From Spirochaetia bacterium (lineage in GTDB: Bacteria; Spirochaetota; Spirochaetia; SZUA-6; Bin103): a DNA stretch of 64,000 nucleotides. Below the pieces are notes generated by a model that searched no databases, was not told the DNA's origin, and saw nothing but the letters and a program-made list of their open reading frames with translations. Below, piece by piece: positions 39,500-48,157 of the stretch (position 1 is the stretch's first letter; each line of letters starts with the position of its first letter). Location of the stretch: contig CBDATQ010000001.1 in assembly GCA_965199955.1 (NCBI GenBank), positions 832,001 to 896,000 of the forward strand, read 5' to 3'. A program made the position numbers and the translations under genes.

Positions 39500-40651
39500 T
39501 CAGTCTCCCGGAAGCGGCAGTCGCTGCGAGTTGCGGGTCGTGGCGCCGTCCCGGCAGTCCTGCCAGGGCCCCCGTGCGCCGCGGCCGTACTCGGCGCCGA
39601 GCTCGTTGCTCAGCCGGGCGGCGAACAGCGCAAGCGCCGCGGCGTAGAGGAGCGGCGCGAACAGGGGGTCGGGCGGCTCCGGAAGGGCGATCGTCCGGCC
39701 GGGCTCCGCGGGTCGCCGCGCGTCGGTGAGGATGCGATAGGGCCGCCCCAGGCGCTGCAGGAAGGGCTCGATCTCGCGCACGCGGCTCTGGTCGCGGGCG
39801 CTCTCCGGGCACAGCACCCAGGTGGCGCAGGTGTCCGGGTCGCGCGCGAAGTAGTCCAGGTGCACCCACTCCTCGACGTCCTGGTCCACCGCCGGCACCC
39901 CCGCTGCCTCCAGCACCTTGGCCCGGCCGTAGGCGGCCGCCGCCCGGGCCGGGCCGCCGGCCAGCAATTCGTACCGTCCGTGCCCGCGCCACTCCCGCGC
40001 CAGCGCGGCCAGCTCCTCGTCGAGCGCGGGCAGCATCCGGCCGAGCGCATCCGCAGTCGCGGAAAGCCGTGTCCGCAGCCGCTCCGCCTCCTGCTGCGTC
40101 AGGCGGCCGCGCACCTCGCCGATGCGGATGGCGAGCAGGTACAGCGCCTGCGCGGAGAGAAAGAACGAGCGCACGCCCGGGGCGGCGGCGAACGGGGGCA
40201 GCGTGAGCGGCAGGCAGTGCTCGGCGGCTCGCGCCAGGCGGCTTTGCGGATCGGCGGTCACCGCGACCGTCAGCGCACCGCGCCGCCGCCACTGCTCGAC
40301 CGCCTCCAGCGTGCGCGCGACCGTGCCGGAAGAGCTGACCGCGACCACCAGCGGGTCGTGAGGGAGGCTCCGACGTGGGAGCTCCGTCTCGTAGCGCGCG
40401 GCCTGCATGGCGGGCAGCGGCCGGCAGGGGATGCCCGTGAGCTGCACCCAGGGCTCCGCCAGCAGCTCGCCGGCGACGTGCGAGTCGCCGCAGCCGGTGA
40501 GGATGACCTCCCGCACCGCGAAGATGGTGGGCGTGCGAAGCAGCGCACGCGTGGCCGCCTCCAGCGCGTCATGTTGTGTTGCCAGGAGCTCCGACAGGCT
40601 GAACACCTGCGCCCGCATCGGGTTGTCCGCGGTAGGCGCCGGCGCGGTCAT
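39500..40651 (-). CDS. Double SIS-domain phosphosugar isomerase/deglycase (GlmS C-terminal/FrlB/AgaS-like)
   Basis: GCGDSH, SSSGTVARTLEA, KVLEAAG, EEWVH; no glutaminase domain. Confidence 0.82.
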   Translation of the reverse strand: MTAPAPTADNPMRAQVFSLSELLATQHDALEAATRALLRTPTIFAVREVILTGCGDSHVAGELLAEPWVQLTGIPCRPLPAMQAARYETELPRRSLPHDPLVVAVSSSGTVARTLEAVEQWRRRGALTVAVTADPQSRLARAAEHCLPLTLPPFAAAPGVRSFFLSAQALYLLAIRIGEVRGRLTQQEAERLRTRLSATADALGRMLPALDEELAALAREWRGHGRYELLAGGPARAAAAYGRAKVLEAAGVPAVDQDVEEWVHLDYFARDPDTCATWVLCPESARDQSRVREIEPFLQRLGRPYRILTDARRPAEPGRTIALPEPPDPLFAPLLYAAALALFAARLSNELGAEYGRGARGPWQDCRDGATTRNSQRLPLPGD

Positions 40652-41586
40652 GCGGTCGCTCCCGCCGGGGTCGCCGAACGGACGCGGGCAAGCAGCAAGT
40701 CGCGCCGACGGCGCCACTCGCCGTGATCCAACTGCTCCGGGGGACCGTGCTGCTCCAGCATCAGCGATGCCGCGGCCGCGGCGCCGCAGCCGCTCTCCAG
40801 CCAGTCCTGCCCCGCTCCGAGCCCGGCCAGCAACGCGCCGCCGAACGCGTTGCCGGCGCCGGTCACGTCGACCACCGCTGCGGGCCAGGCCGGGATGCGG
40901 AGCAGCTCCGCCGACCGGCGGCCGAGCAGCGCGCCGTCCGCCCCCAGCCTCAGGGCGACGCCGCCGACGCCGGTGTCCAGCAGGCGGCGGACGATCTCGC
41001 GCGGGGCGTCCCGGCCGCACAGGCGACGCCCCTCCGCGAGGTTCAGCGATACCACGTCGACGCAGGCGAGCCGGGCGGCGACCTGCGGCCAGCAGGCCGG
41101 CTCCGTGGACGCCGCGTGCAGCTCCCAGAGCACCACGGCGCCAGAGGCGGCGCGCAGCGCGGCGGCTTCATCCCAGAACGCCGCGTCGTGGTCGCGAAAG
41201 AGGTAGTAGCCGGTCGCAATGCGGTAAGCCGCGGGCATCCGGTCGATCGCAGGCGACATCCGCGCGAAGTGCGCGGGACCGAGCAGCGGCGTCTCCGTGC
41301 GCGCGTCCTCGGCGTGGTAAACTACCGTGCTGCGCGGCGTGCGCGGACCGCGCGGCTCGAGCCCCGCCGTGTCGATGCCGTTCGCGCGGAACCACGCCGC
41401 GTGTTCCAAAGCGGAGAAGTCCTCTCCCACGCCGCAGGCGATGCCGACGCGGTCGGCCGCCAGGCGCAGGCCGGCGGCGGCGTAGCTGCCGGCGCCGCCG
41501 AGCACGCCGCGCCGCTCGGCGCCCGACGGGAAGCGCAGATCGTCCACGATCACGTGCGACAGCACGACGTAGTCGATTGCGTTCAC
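40648..41586 (-). CDS. PfkB family carbohydrate kinase (GAGN variant)
   Basis: LGGAGSYAAAG, SLNLAEG, LRLGADG, VDVTGAGNAFGG. Confidence 0.85.
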   Translation of the reverse strand: MNAIDYVVLSHVIVDDLRFPSGAERRGVLGGAGSYAAAGLRLAADRVGIACGVGEDFSALEHAAWFRANGIDTAGLEPRGPRTPRSTVVYHAEDARTETPLLGPAHFARMSPAIDRMPAAYRIATGYYLFRDHDAAFWDEAAALRAASGAVVLWELHAASTEPACWPQVAARLACVDVVSLNLAEGRRLCGRDAPREIVRRLLDTGVGGVALRLGADGALLGRRSAELLRIPAWPAAVVDVTGAGNAFGGALLAGLGAGQDWLESGCGAAAAASLMLEQHGPPEQLDHGEWRRRRDLLLARVRSATPAGATA

Positions 41587-41658
41587 CGGAGTACCTCGGA
41601 TTTGCCTGGCGCAGGCCGAGCCGATAGCCTTGCGCACCGGTGCAACGAGGAGTCAGCC

Positions 41659-42681
41659 ATCGATAGTGGATCAGCGACCCGCGAGGGCGAGAGTGGGGAT
41701 GCCGCCGCCACGCCGGTGTTCATCGACTGCGACCCGGGCATGGACGATGCGCTCGCGCTTATCGTCGCGCTGAAGAGCTCGTCCGTCCGCGTGTGCGGCA
41801 TCACGAGCGTCTCCGGCAACCTGCCGGCCGACCGCTGCTACGGGAACATCCACACGGTCCTGAACCTGATGGGGGTGCCGGAGACGGGCGAAGCAGGCCC
41901 GCCCACCGGCCAGGGCGGGCCGCGGGCGCTGGTTCGGGAGCTTGCGCATGACCCATTCTCGCACGGTGCGGACGGCCTGGGAGAGACCGGCCTGCCCGCG
42001 GCGTGGGTGCCGCCAAAGCCCACGTGGGCGCCCGTCCTGCTATTGGAGCAGGCCCGCCGGCACGCGGCGGATGGCGACCCGCTCACCGTGGTGACGCTCG
42101 GGCCGCTGACCAACGTCGCGCTGGCGCTGCACATGGAGCCGCGGCTGCCGGAGCTGATCGACCGCCTGGTCGTGCTGGGCGGCGCGTTCGGGCTGCAGCG
42201 CGAGGCGGCCCTCAACGCGACCGGCGACAACCCGATGAGCGAGTGGAACTTCTACGTCGACCCGGAGGCGGCGCGGCTGGTCCTGCACGGCGGCTTCGAC
42301 CTGGTTGCGGTCGGGCTGGACGTGGCCACGCACCGGGATCTGCGGCTCACCGACGCGGACGGTGAGGCGCTGCGCGCCTCCGGCCGCGCCGAGGCGCGCC
42401 TCGCGGCCGGCATGCTGGACTTCGTCACCGAGCGCGGCTTCGGCAGCTACTGCGTGCTGATCGATTCGTGCGCGATTGCGGCGGCGGCGCGGCCGGAGCT
42501 CATCGACACCGTCGCCCTGCACTGCGACGTGGAGACGCGCGACGGGCTGACGCGCGGGCAGACGGTGGTCGACGTCCGCCAGAACTTCCGCTGGCAGCAT
42601 CTGCCGCAGGTGCAGGCGGCCCGCGACGCCGACTTTCCCGGCCTGCGCCGATTCATCGTCGAGACCCTGCTGGCAGGCTGA
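41659..42681 (+). CDS. Nucleoside hydrolase (IU-NH family); start uncertain (ATC 41659 or GTG 41716)
   Basis: DCDPGMDD, HGADG, LGPLTN, EWNFYVDPEAA, VGLDV, TRGQTVVD. Confidence 0.88.
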   Translation: MDSGSATREGESGDAAATPVFIDCDPGMDDALALIVALKSSSVRVCGITSVSGNLPADRCYGNIHTVLNLMGVPETGEAGPPTGQGGPRALVRELAHDPFSHGADGLGETGLPAAWVPPKPTWAPVLLLEQARRHAADGDPLTVVTLGPLTNVALALHMEPRLPELIDRLVVLGGAFGLQREAALNATGDNPMSEWNFYVDPEAARLVLHGGFDLVAVGLDVATHRDLRLTDADGEALRASGRAEARLAAGMLDFVTERGFGSYCVLIDSCAIAAAARPELIDTVALHCDVETRDGLTRGQTVVDVRQNFRWQHLPQVQAARDADFPGLRRFIVETLLAG

Positions 42682-42780
42682 GCCTCTCCCCCGCGAGCGG
42701 ACGCGGCCCGGGTGCGCCGGTTGCATCCGTGCCGTGGCTCGTGTAGACGTTAGCCCATGAGCAATACCCAGGAGGTAATG

Positions 42781-44142
42781 ATGAAACGCTCTCCTATCGC
42801 AAGAAGGTTGATACTCGTGCTCGCGATCGGTCTGCTTGCCGTCGCGCCGCTCGCAGCGCGCGCAGTACAGGAACGGACGCAGGTCCAGTTCTGGATGTGG
42901 GGCGCCGGCCCGCACCTGCAGGACGTGATCAAGGCCGTGCTGGTCGATCCGTACAACGAGTCGCAGGACCAGTTCGAGCTGGTGATGGAGTTCCGCAACG
43001 ACGTGGACTCGGTCATCGCATCGGTGCTGCCCGCCGGGGGCGGCCCGGACCTCGTCTACGGCTCCGGTCCGGCGTTCGTACGCCCGTTCGCCGCCGCCGG
43101 GCACCTGGCTTCGATGGAGCCCTACTCCGAGAAGTACGGGTGGCGCGACCGCATCCTCACGCCGATCTACGAGTCGGGCACGGTCGACGGCGACCTGTAC
43201 GCGCTGCCCAACTCCCTGAACACCATGGGCGTCTTCTACAACAAGGTGCTGTTCGAGGAGAACGGCTGGGAGATCCCGACCACCTTCGAGGAGCTGGAAG
43301 CGATCATGGATGACGCGCTGGACCAGGGCCTGTATGCGTCGGTCACCGGCAACAAGGGCTGGCGCCCGGTCAATGAGAACTACACGCAGATGTTCCTCAC
43401 CCACTGGGCGGGGCCGCAGGCCACCTACGACGCGATCACCGGCGCCATCCCCTGGACCGACGCGGCGATCGCGGAGGCGGTGCAGAAGAGCGCGGAGTGG
43501 TTCCAGGCCGACTACCTGGCCGGCGAGGACTACTTCAACCTCAACTTCTCGGACGCGGTGGCGCTGCTGGAGTCGGGGGACTCGCCGTTCTTCTTCGGTC
43601 CGTCGCTGGTATTCCAGTTCGCCACCAGCTACTACTCCGAAGAGGACGGCAACCTGGACGAGCTCGGCTTCTTCCCGCTGCCGAGCCGCGACGGTCTGCC
43701 GTCGCCGATCTTCCTGCTCGGCACTACCGCCTCGCTGTCGATCAATGCCTACTCCTCGCCCGAGGTGCAGGACGCCGTGGGCGAGATCATCGACCGCATG
43801 ATGACGCAGGAGTTCCTGGTCGGCATGACCGAGGGATGGCCCGGCTACTGGGGCGTTCCGATCAGCCAGCTCGACATCGACCTGGACGACTTCAGCGGGC
43901 TCTCGCACGGCTTCCTGAGCGCGATTCAGGACGCCATCTCGGCCGTGAACGCCGGCAACTTCGGCTACTCGCCCTCGACCTTCTTCCCGCCGGCCACGCA
44001 GACCGCCTTCTTCGACATCGACTCGGTCTGGCTGGGCGAGCTGACCGTCGACGAGTTCCTGGCCAATGTGCAGACCGCCTACGAGGAGGACAAGGCGGCC
44101 GGACTGGTGGCGCCGGTGCCGGCGCCCGGCATGGGCGGCTGA
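42781..44142 (+). CDS. Carbohydrate ABC solute-binding protein (family 1)
   Basis: SD GGAGGT, signal peptide, GPDL, LYALP, VFYNKVLF, PTTFEEL. Confidence 0.9.
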   Translation: MKRSPIARRLILVLAIGLLAVAPLAARAVQERTQVQFWMWGAGPHLQDVIKAVLVDPYNESQDQFELVMEFRNDVDSVIASVLPAGGGPDLVYGSGPAFVRPFAAAGHLASMEPYSEKYGWRDRILTPIYESGTVDGDLYALPNSLNTMGVFYNKVLFEENGWEIPTTFEELEAIMDDALDQGLYASVTGNKGWRPVNENYTQMFLTHWAGPQATYDAITGAIPWTDAAIAEAVQKSAEWFQADYLAGEDYFNLNFSDAVALLESGDSPFFFGPSLVFQFATSYYSEEDGNLDELGFFPLPSRDGLPSPIFLLGTTASLSINAYSSPEVQDAVGEIIDRMMTQEFLVGMTEGWPGYWGVPISQLDIDLDDFSGLSHGFLSAIQDAISAVNAGNFGYSPSTFFPPATQTAFFDIDSVWLGELTVDEFLANVQTAYEEDKAAGLVAPVPAPGMGG

Positions 44143-44242
44143 TCGCGCCCCCGACCTTCGCGCCGCCGACCGCGCCACCCGGGCCTCGCACGGCGATGCC
44201 CGGGCCGGCGCGGCCCGCCGCGGCGTCCCACCCCGACCGCTG

Positions 44243-45127
44243 ATGCACAGCCGGTCCTTCCAGTACTACCTGCTGCTCGCGCCCGCCGTGCTGCTGAGCG
44301 TGGCGGTGGTGCTGGTGCCCGGCCTGATGACCGCCTACGTTGCCTTCACCGACTGGAACGGCGTGTCGCTCAGCATGAACTGGATCGGCACGGTCAACTT
44401 CGAGAAGATCTTCGCCGACCGCGTGTTCTGGAAGGCGCTCGGCAACAACGTCCGGTGGACTCTGCTGTTCCTGACCGTGCCGGTCGGCATCGGCCTGCTC
44501 ACGGCGATGCTGCTGCTCAAGCGGGGCCGCACGCGCACCCTCTACCAGATGATCTATCTCGGCCCCTATGTGCTGGCGCCGGTGACCAACGCCATCCTCT
44601 GGCTGAACATCATCCTCAACCCGGTGTCCGGCATGCTGCGCCACGTCCGCCACCTGTTTCCGCGCAACTCGCCGCTGGCGCCGCTGCGCTCGCCGCTGGG
44701 CAGCCCGGACACGGCACTCTACTTCGTAGCGATGGTCGACATCTGGCACTACTGGGGCTTCCTGACGGTCGTGTACCTGGCTGCCCTGCGCCAGACCCCG
44801 CAGGAGCTGGTCGAAGCCTCGACCGTCGAAGGGGCGGGCGTGCTGCAGCTCTTCCGCTTCCTCTACCTGCCGACGATCCTGCCCACCATGCTGCTGATGT
44901 TCGTGATCATCACCATCTTCTCGTTCCTGACCTTCGAGTACGTCTACATCATGACCGGCGGCGGACCGGCGCACGGCTCGGAGATGCTCAGCACCTACGC
45001 CTACACGCTGGCGTTCAACGCGCTGCAGTACGGCAAGGCGGCGGCCACCGGGCTGGTGATGAGCTTCTTCGGCCTGGCGGCATCGGCGTTCTACGTGTGG
45101 ATGAGCCGGCGGGAGTCGGGCGCATGA
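44243..45127 (+). CDS. Carbohydrate ABC permease (MalF-like)
   Basis: FTDWNG, WIGTVNF, EASTVEGA, MTGGGP, YGKAAA. Confidence 0.9.
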   Translation: MHSRSFQYYLLLAPAVLLSVAVVLVPGLMTAYVAFTDWNGVSLSMNWIGTVNFEKIFADRVFWKALGNNVRWTLLFLTVPVGIGLLTAMLLLKRGRTRTLYQMIYLGPYVLAPVTNAILWLNIILNPVSGMLRHVRHLFPRNSPLAPLRSPLGSPDTALYFVAMVDIWHYWGFLTVVYLAALRQTPQELVEASTVEGAGVLQLFRFLYLPTILPTMLLMFVIITIFSFLTFEYVYIMTGGGPAHGSEMLSTYAYTLAFNALQYGKAAATGLVMSFFGLAASAFYVWMSRRESGA

Positions 45128-46014
45128 GCGTGCGCTCGATGAGTGCGCGGGGCGAGCGGTCGGCGGTGTCGTCGTGGCGGTCGCCTCGTTCGCGGCGGCT
45201 GATCCGCTCGGCGGGCTCCCACCTGGTCCTGATCCTGTTCGCGTTCACGGCGCTGGCGCCGCTGGCGCTGGTGGCGATCAACAGCCTCAAGACCCACCGC
45301 GAGGTGGTGCGCAGCCCCCTCGCCATGCCGACCACCCTGCACTGGGAGAACTTCGATCTGGCCTGGCGCTACGGGCAGTTCTCGCGCGGGTTCGTCAACA
45401 GCATCCTGCTGAGCGGCACCGCGGTGGTGACCGTCCTCACCTGCGCGACGCTCGCCGGCTACGTGCTGGCCCGGAGGCGGATCCGGCAGTGGCGGATGGT
45501 CACCGTCTACTTCATGCTGGCGATGACCGTCCCGATCCAGCTCTTCCTGTTCCCGCTCTACTACCTTTTCGCGCGGGTGCTGGGGCTGTTGGGCAGCCTG
45601 TACGGGGTCGGCGTGGTGCTGGCGGCGCTGAACATGCCGCTGGCGGTGTTCCTGATGCGCGCCTTCTTCCTGGCGGTGCCGGAGCAGCTCGAGGAGGCCG
45701 CGCGCATCGACGGCGCCAACACCGTGCGCGTGCTGATCTGGGTGCTGATCCCGCCGGTGCGCCCCGGCCTGATCACGGTGGCCGTGATCGTCGGCCTGCA
45801 GGCGTGGAACGAGTTCCTGATCACGCGCACCTTCCTGGGCCAGGAGAGCATCACTGCCACGCTCGGGCTGCTGTCCATGAACGGCACGTTCACGGACAAC
45901 ATGAGCGTGATGATGGCCGGCACCCTGCTGATGATCGGCCCGCCGCTGATCTTCTTCGCGCTGGTGCAGCGCTACTTCATCGAGGGGCTGATCTCCGGCG
46001 CCCTCAAGGGGTGA
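45124..46014 (+). CDS. Carbohydrate ABC permease (MalG-like)
   Basis: NSLKT, EEAARIDGA, WNEF, QRYFIEGLISGALKG. Confidence 0.9.
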   Translation: MSVRSMSARGERSAVSSWRSPRSRRLIRSAGSHLVLILFAFTALAPLALVAINSLKTHREVVRSPLAMPTTLHWENFDLAWRYGQFSRGFVNSILLSGTAVVTVLTCATLAGYVLARRRIRQWRMVTVYFMLAMTVPIQLFLFPLYYLFARVLGLLGSLYGVGVVLAALNMPLAVFLMRAFFLAVPEQLEEAARIDGANTVRVLIWVLIPPVRPGLITVAVIVGLQAWNEFLITRTFLGQESITATLGLLSMNGTFTDNMSVMMAGTLLMIGPPLIFFALVQRYFIEGLISGALKG

Positions 46015-46024
46015 CGTTCTTCCC

Positions 46025-48157
46025 GTGGTTGAGCTGAGCGAGGAGATCCGCGAGCGTGTCTACGCTGGCGTGCTCGGCAAGCTGATCGGCGTCTACCTGG
46101 GGCGCGCCGTGGAGGGCTGGAGCTACCGGGCGATCCGGGAGCGGTTCGGCGAGATCGCCAACTACGTCCACCACGAGGTGGGCATGCCGCTGATCGTGCC
46201 CGACGACGACCTGTCGGGCACGTTCGTGTTCTTCCGGGCGCTGGAGGACCACGGCTACGATCCTTCCTTGAGCGCGCGGCAGATCGGCGAGACCTGGCTC
46301 AACTACATCATCGAGGACAAGACCATCCTGTGGTGGGGGGGCATGAGCCGCTCCACCGAGCACACCGCCTGGCTGCGGCTGCGGCAGGGGCACGCGGCGC
46401 CGGCCAGCGGCTCGATCGCCCTGAACGGGCGGGCGATGGCGGAGCAGATCGGCGCGCAGATCTTCGCCGACGGGTGGGCGCTGGCCAATCCGGGGGCGCC
46501 GGCGCGCGCCGCGCGGCTGGCGCGCGAGGCCGCCTCGGTCAGCCACGACGGCATCGCCGTCGACTGCGCGGAGTTCCTGGCGGTGCTGGAGGCGCTGGCC
46601 TTCGAGGAGGCGGACGCCGGGCGCCTGCTGGAGCAGGGGTTGGGATTCGTCGGGAACGCGATGCTGCGTGGGCTGGTGTCGGCGGTGCGCGACCGCTGTG
46701 CGGCGGCCGGGGACTGGCGCGAGGTGCGCGACTGGATCGAGCGCGAGCACGGCTACCACCGCTACCCCGGCAACTGCCCGATGGTGACCAACCACCTGTC
46801 GGTGCTGATGGCGCTGCTGACAGGCGGCGCCGACTTCCAGCGCAGCCTGACCATCGCGGCGAGCGCCGGCTGGGACACCGACTGCAACGCCGGCAACGTC
46901 GGCTGCCTGAACGGCGTGCGGCTGGGGCTGGCGGCGCTGTCGGCGGGGGTGGACCTGCGCGCGCCGGTCGCCGACCGGTTGTACGCGGTCAGCGCCGACG
47001 GCGGCGAGTGCGTGACCGACGCCGTGCTGGAGACGCGGCGGATCCTGCGCGCGGCGGCCGCCCTGCGCGGCGAGGAGCAGCCGCCGCGGCAGCCGCGCTT
47101 CGGCTTCGAGTATCCCGGCTCCGTGCAGGGCTTCCAGGTCGACCGCGAGCCGCACCACCTGCAGGCGGTCGCCGGGTTGCAGAACACCGGCGGCGGGCTG
47201 CGGATCTCCTACCGGCGGCTGGCGCCGGGCCGCTGCGGGCGGCTCCGCGTGCAGACCTGCTTCGCTCCCGAGCCGAGCGGCGTGCGCGACACCAGCTACT
47301 TCGAGGTGCTGGCCAGCCCCACCCTGTACGGCACGCAGACGGTGAAGGCGCTGGTGGAGTGTGGCGGCGGGCCGCAGCCGATCTGGCGCTTCTTTGTCCG
47401 CCATTATTGCGGCGACGGCTCGCTGAACACCCGCTACGGCGAGGTCGTCGCGCTGCAGCCGGGCGCCAACCGGCTGTCTTGGCAGGTGCCGCACTGCGAC
47501 GGCCTGCCGATCTACGAGCTGGGCATCGAGCTGACCGCGCCAGGGCGGCTTGACGGCGAGGTGATCCTCCGCCAGCTCGACTGGCACGGCGCGCCGGAGC
47601 GCCTGGCGATGGGAAGGGCCGACGAGCTGTCCCCGGAGCTCACGCCCTGGACGACCAACACGCCGTGGCTGAAGGCCTTCCTAAGCTCGGCGCGCAACCT
47701 GGCACCGGACTACACGACCACCTTCTCGATCTCCCATCCGGACGACAACGGCGTGCTCACCATCGGCACCCGCGATTGGGACGACTACACCGTGAGCTCG
47801 GAGATGACCCTCGTCCATCAGCGGACGGCGGGGCTGGTGGCGCGGGCGCGCGGCCACCGCCGCTACTACGCCGCCGTGCTGTGCGCCGGCGAGGCGCGGC
47901 TGCTCAAGCGCCGCGACGGGACCGTTCAGGTGCTGGCCCGCTGCCCGTGCGACGCGCCGCACGACCAGCCCCTGGAGGTGGCCCTGACCGTGGTGGGTGA
48001 AGAGCTGCGCTTCGCGCTCGGGAGCCGCGGGTTGCTGGCCGCGCGGGACGGCGAGTACGCGAGCGGCGGCGCCGGGTTCCTGGTGGAAGAGGGCGGCTAC
48101 CTGGCGCGCGGATTCCAGGTGGAGCGTGCGGCGCGTGACGGCGGTGACGGGCCGTGA
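46025..48157 (+). CDS. ADP-ribosylglycohydrolase family protein with C-terminal beta-rich domains
   Basis: GKLIGVYLGRAVEGW, PDDDLSG, SVSHDG, GWDTDCNAG; ~370 aa C-terminal extension. Confidence 0.85.
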   Translation: MVELSEEIRERVYAGVLGKLIGVYLGRAVEGWSYRAIRERFGEIANYVHHEVGMPLIVPDDDLSGTFVFFRALEDHGYDPSLSARQIGETWLNYIIEDKTILWWGGMSRSTEHTAWLRLRQGHAAPASGSIALNGRAMAEQIGAQIFADGWALANPGAPARAARLAREAASVSHDGIAVDCAEFLAVLEALAFEEADAGRLLEQGLGFVGNAMLRGLVSAVRDRCAAAGDWREVRDWIEREHGYHRYPGNCPMVTNHLSVLMALLTGGADFQRSLTIAASAGWDTDCNAGNVGCLNGVRLGLAALSAGVDLRAPVADRLYAVSADGGECVTDAVLETRRILRAAAALRGEEQPPRQPRFGFEYPGSVQGFQVDREPHHLQAVAGLQNTGGGLRISYRRLAPGRCGRLRVQTCFAPEPSGVRDTSYFEVLASPTLYGTQTVKALVECGGGPQPIWRFFVRHYCGDGSLNTRYGEVVALQPGANRLSWQVPHCDGLPIYELGIELTAPGRLDGEVILRQLDWHGAPERLAMGRADELSPELTPWTTNTPWLKAFLSSARNLAPDYTTTFSISHPDDNGVLTIGTRDWDDYTVSSEMTLVHQRTAGLVARARGHRRYYAAVLCAGEARLLKRRDGTVQVLARCPCDAPHDQPLEVALTVVGEELRFALGSRGLLAARDGEYASGGAGFLVEEGGYLARGFQVERAARDGGDGP

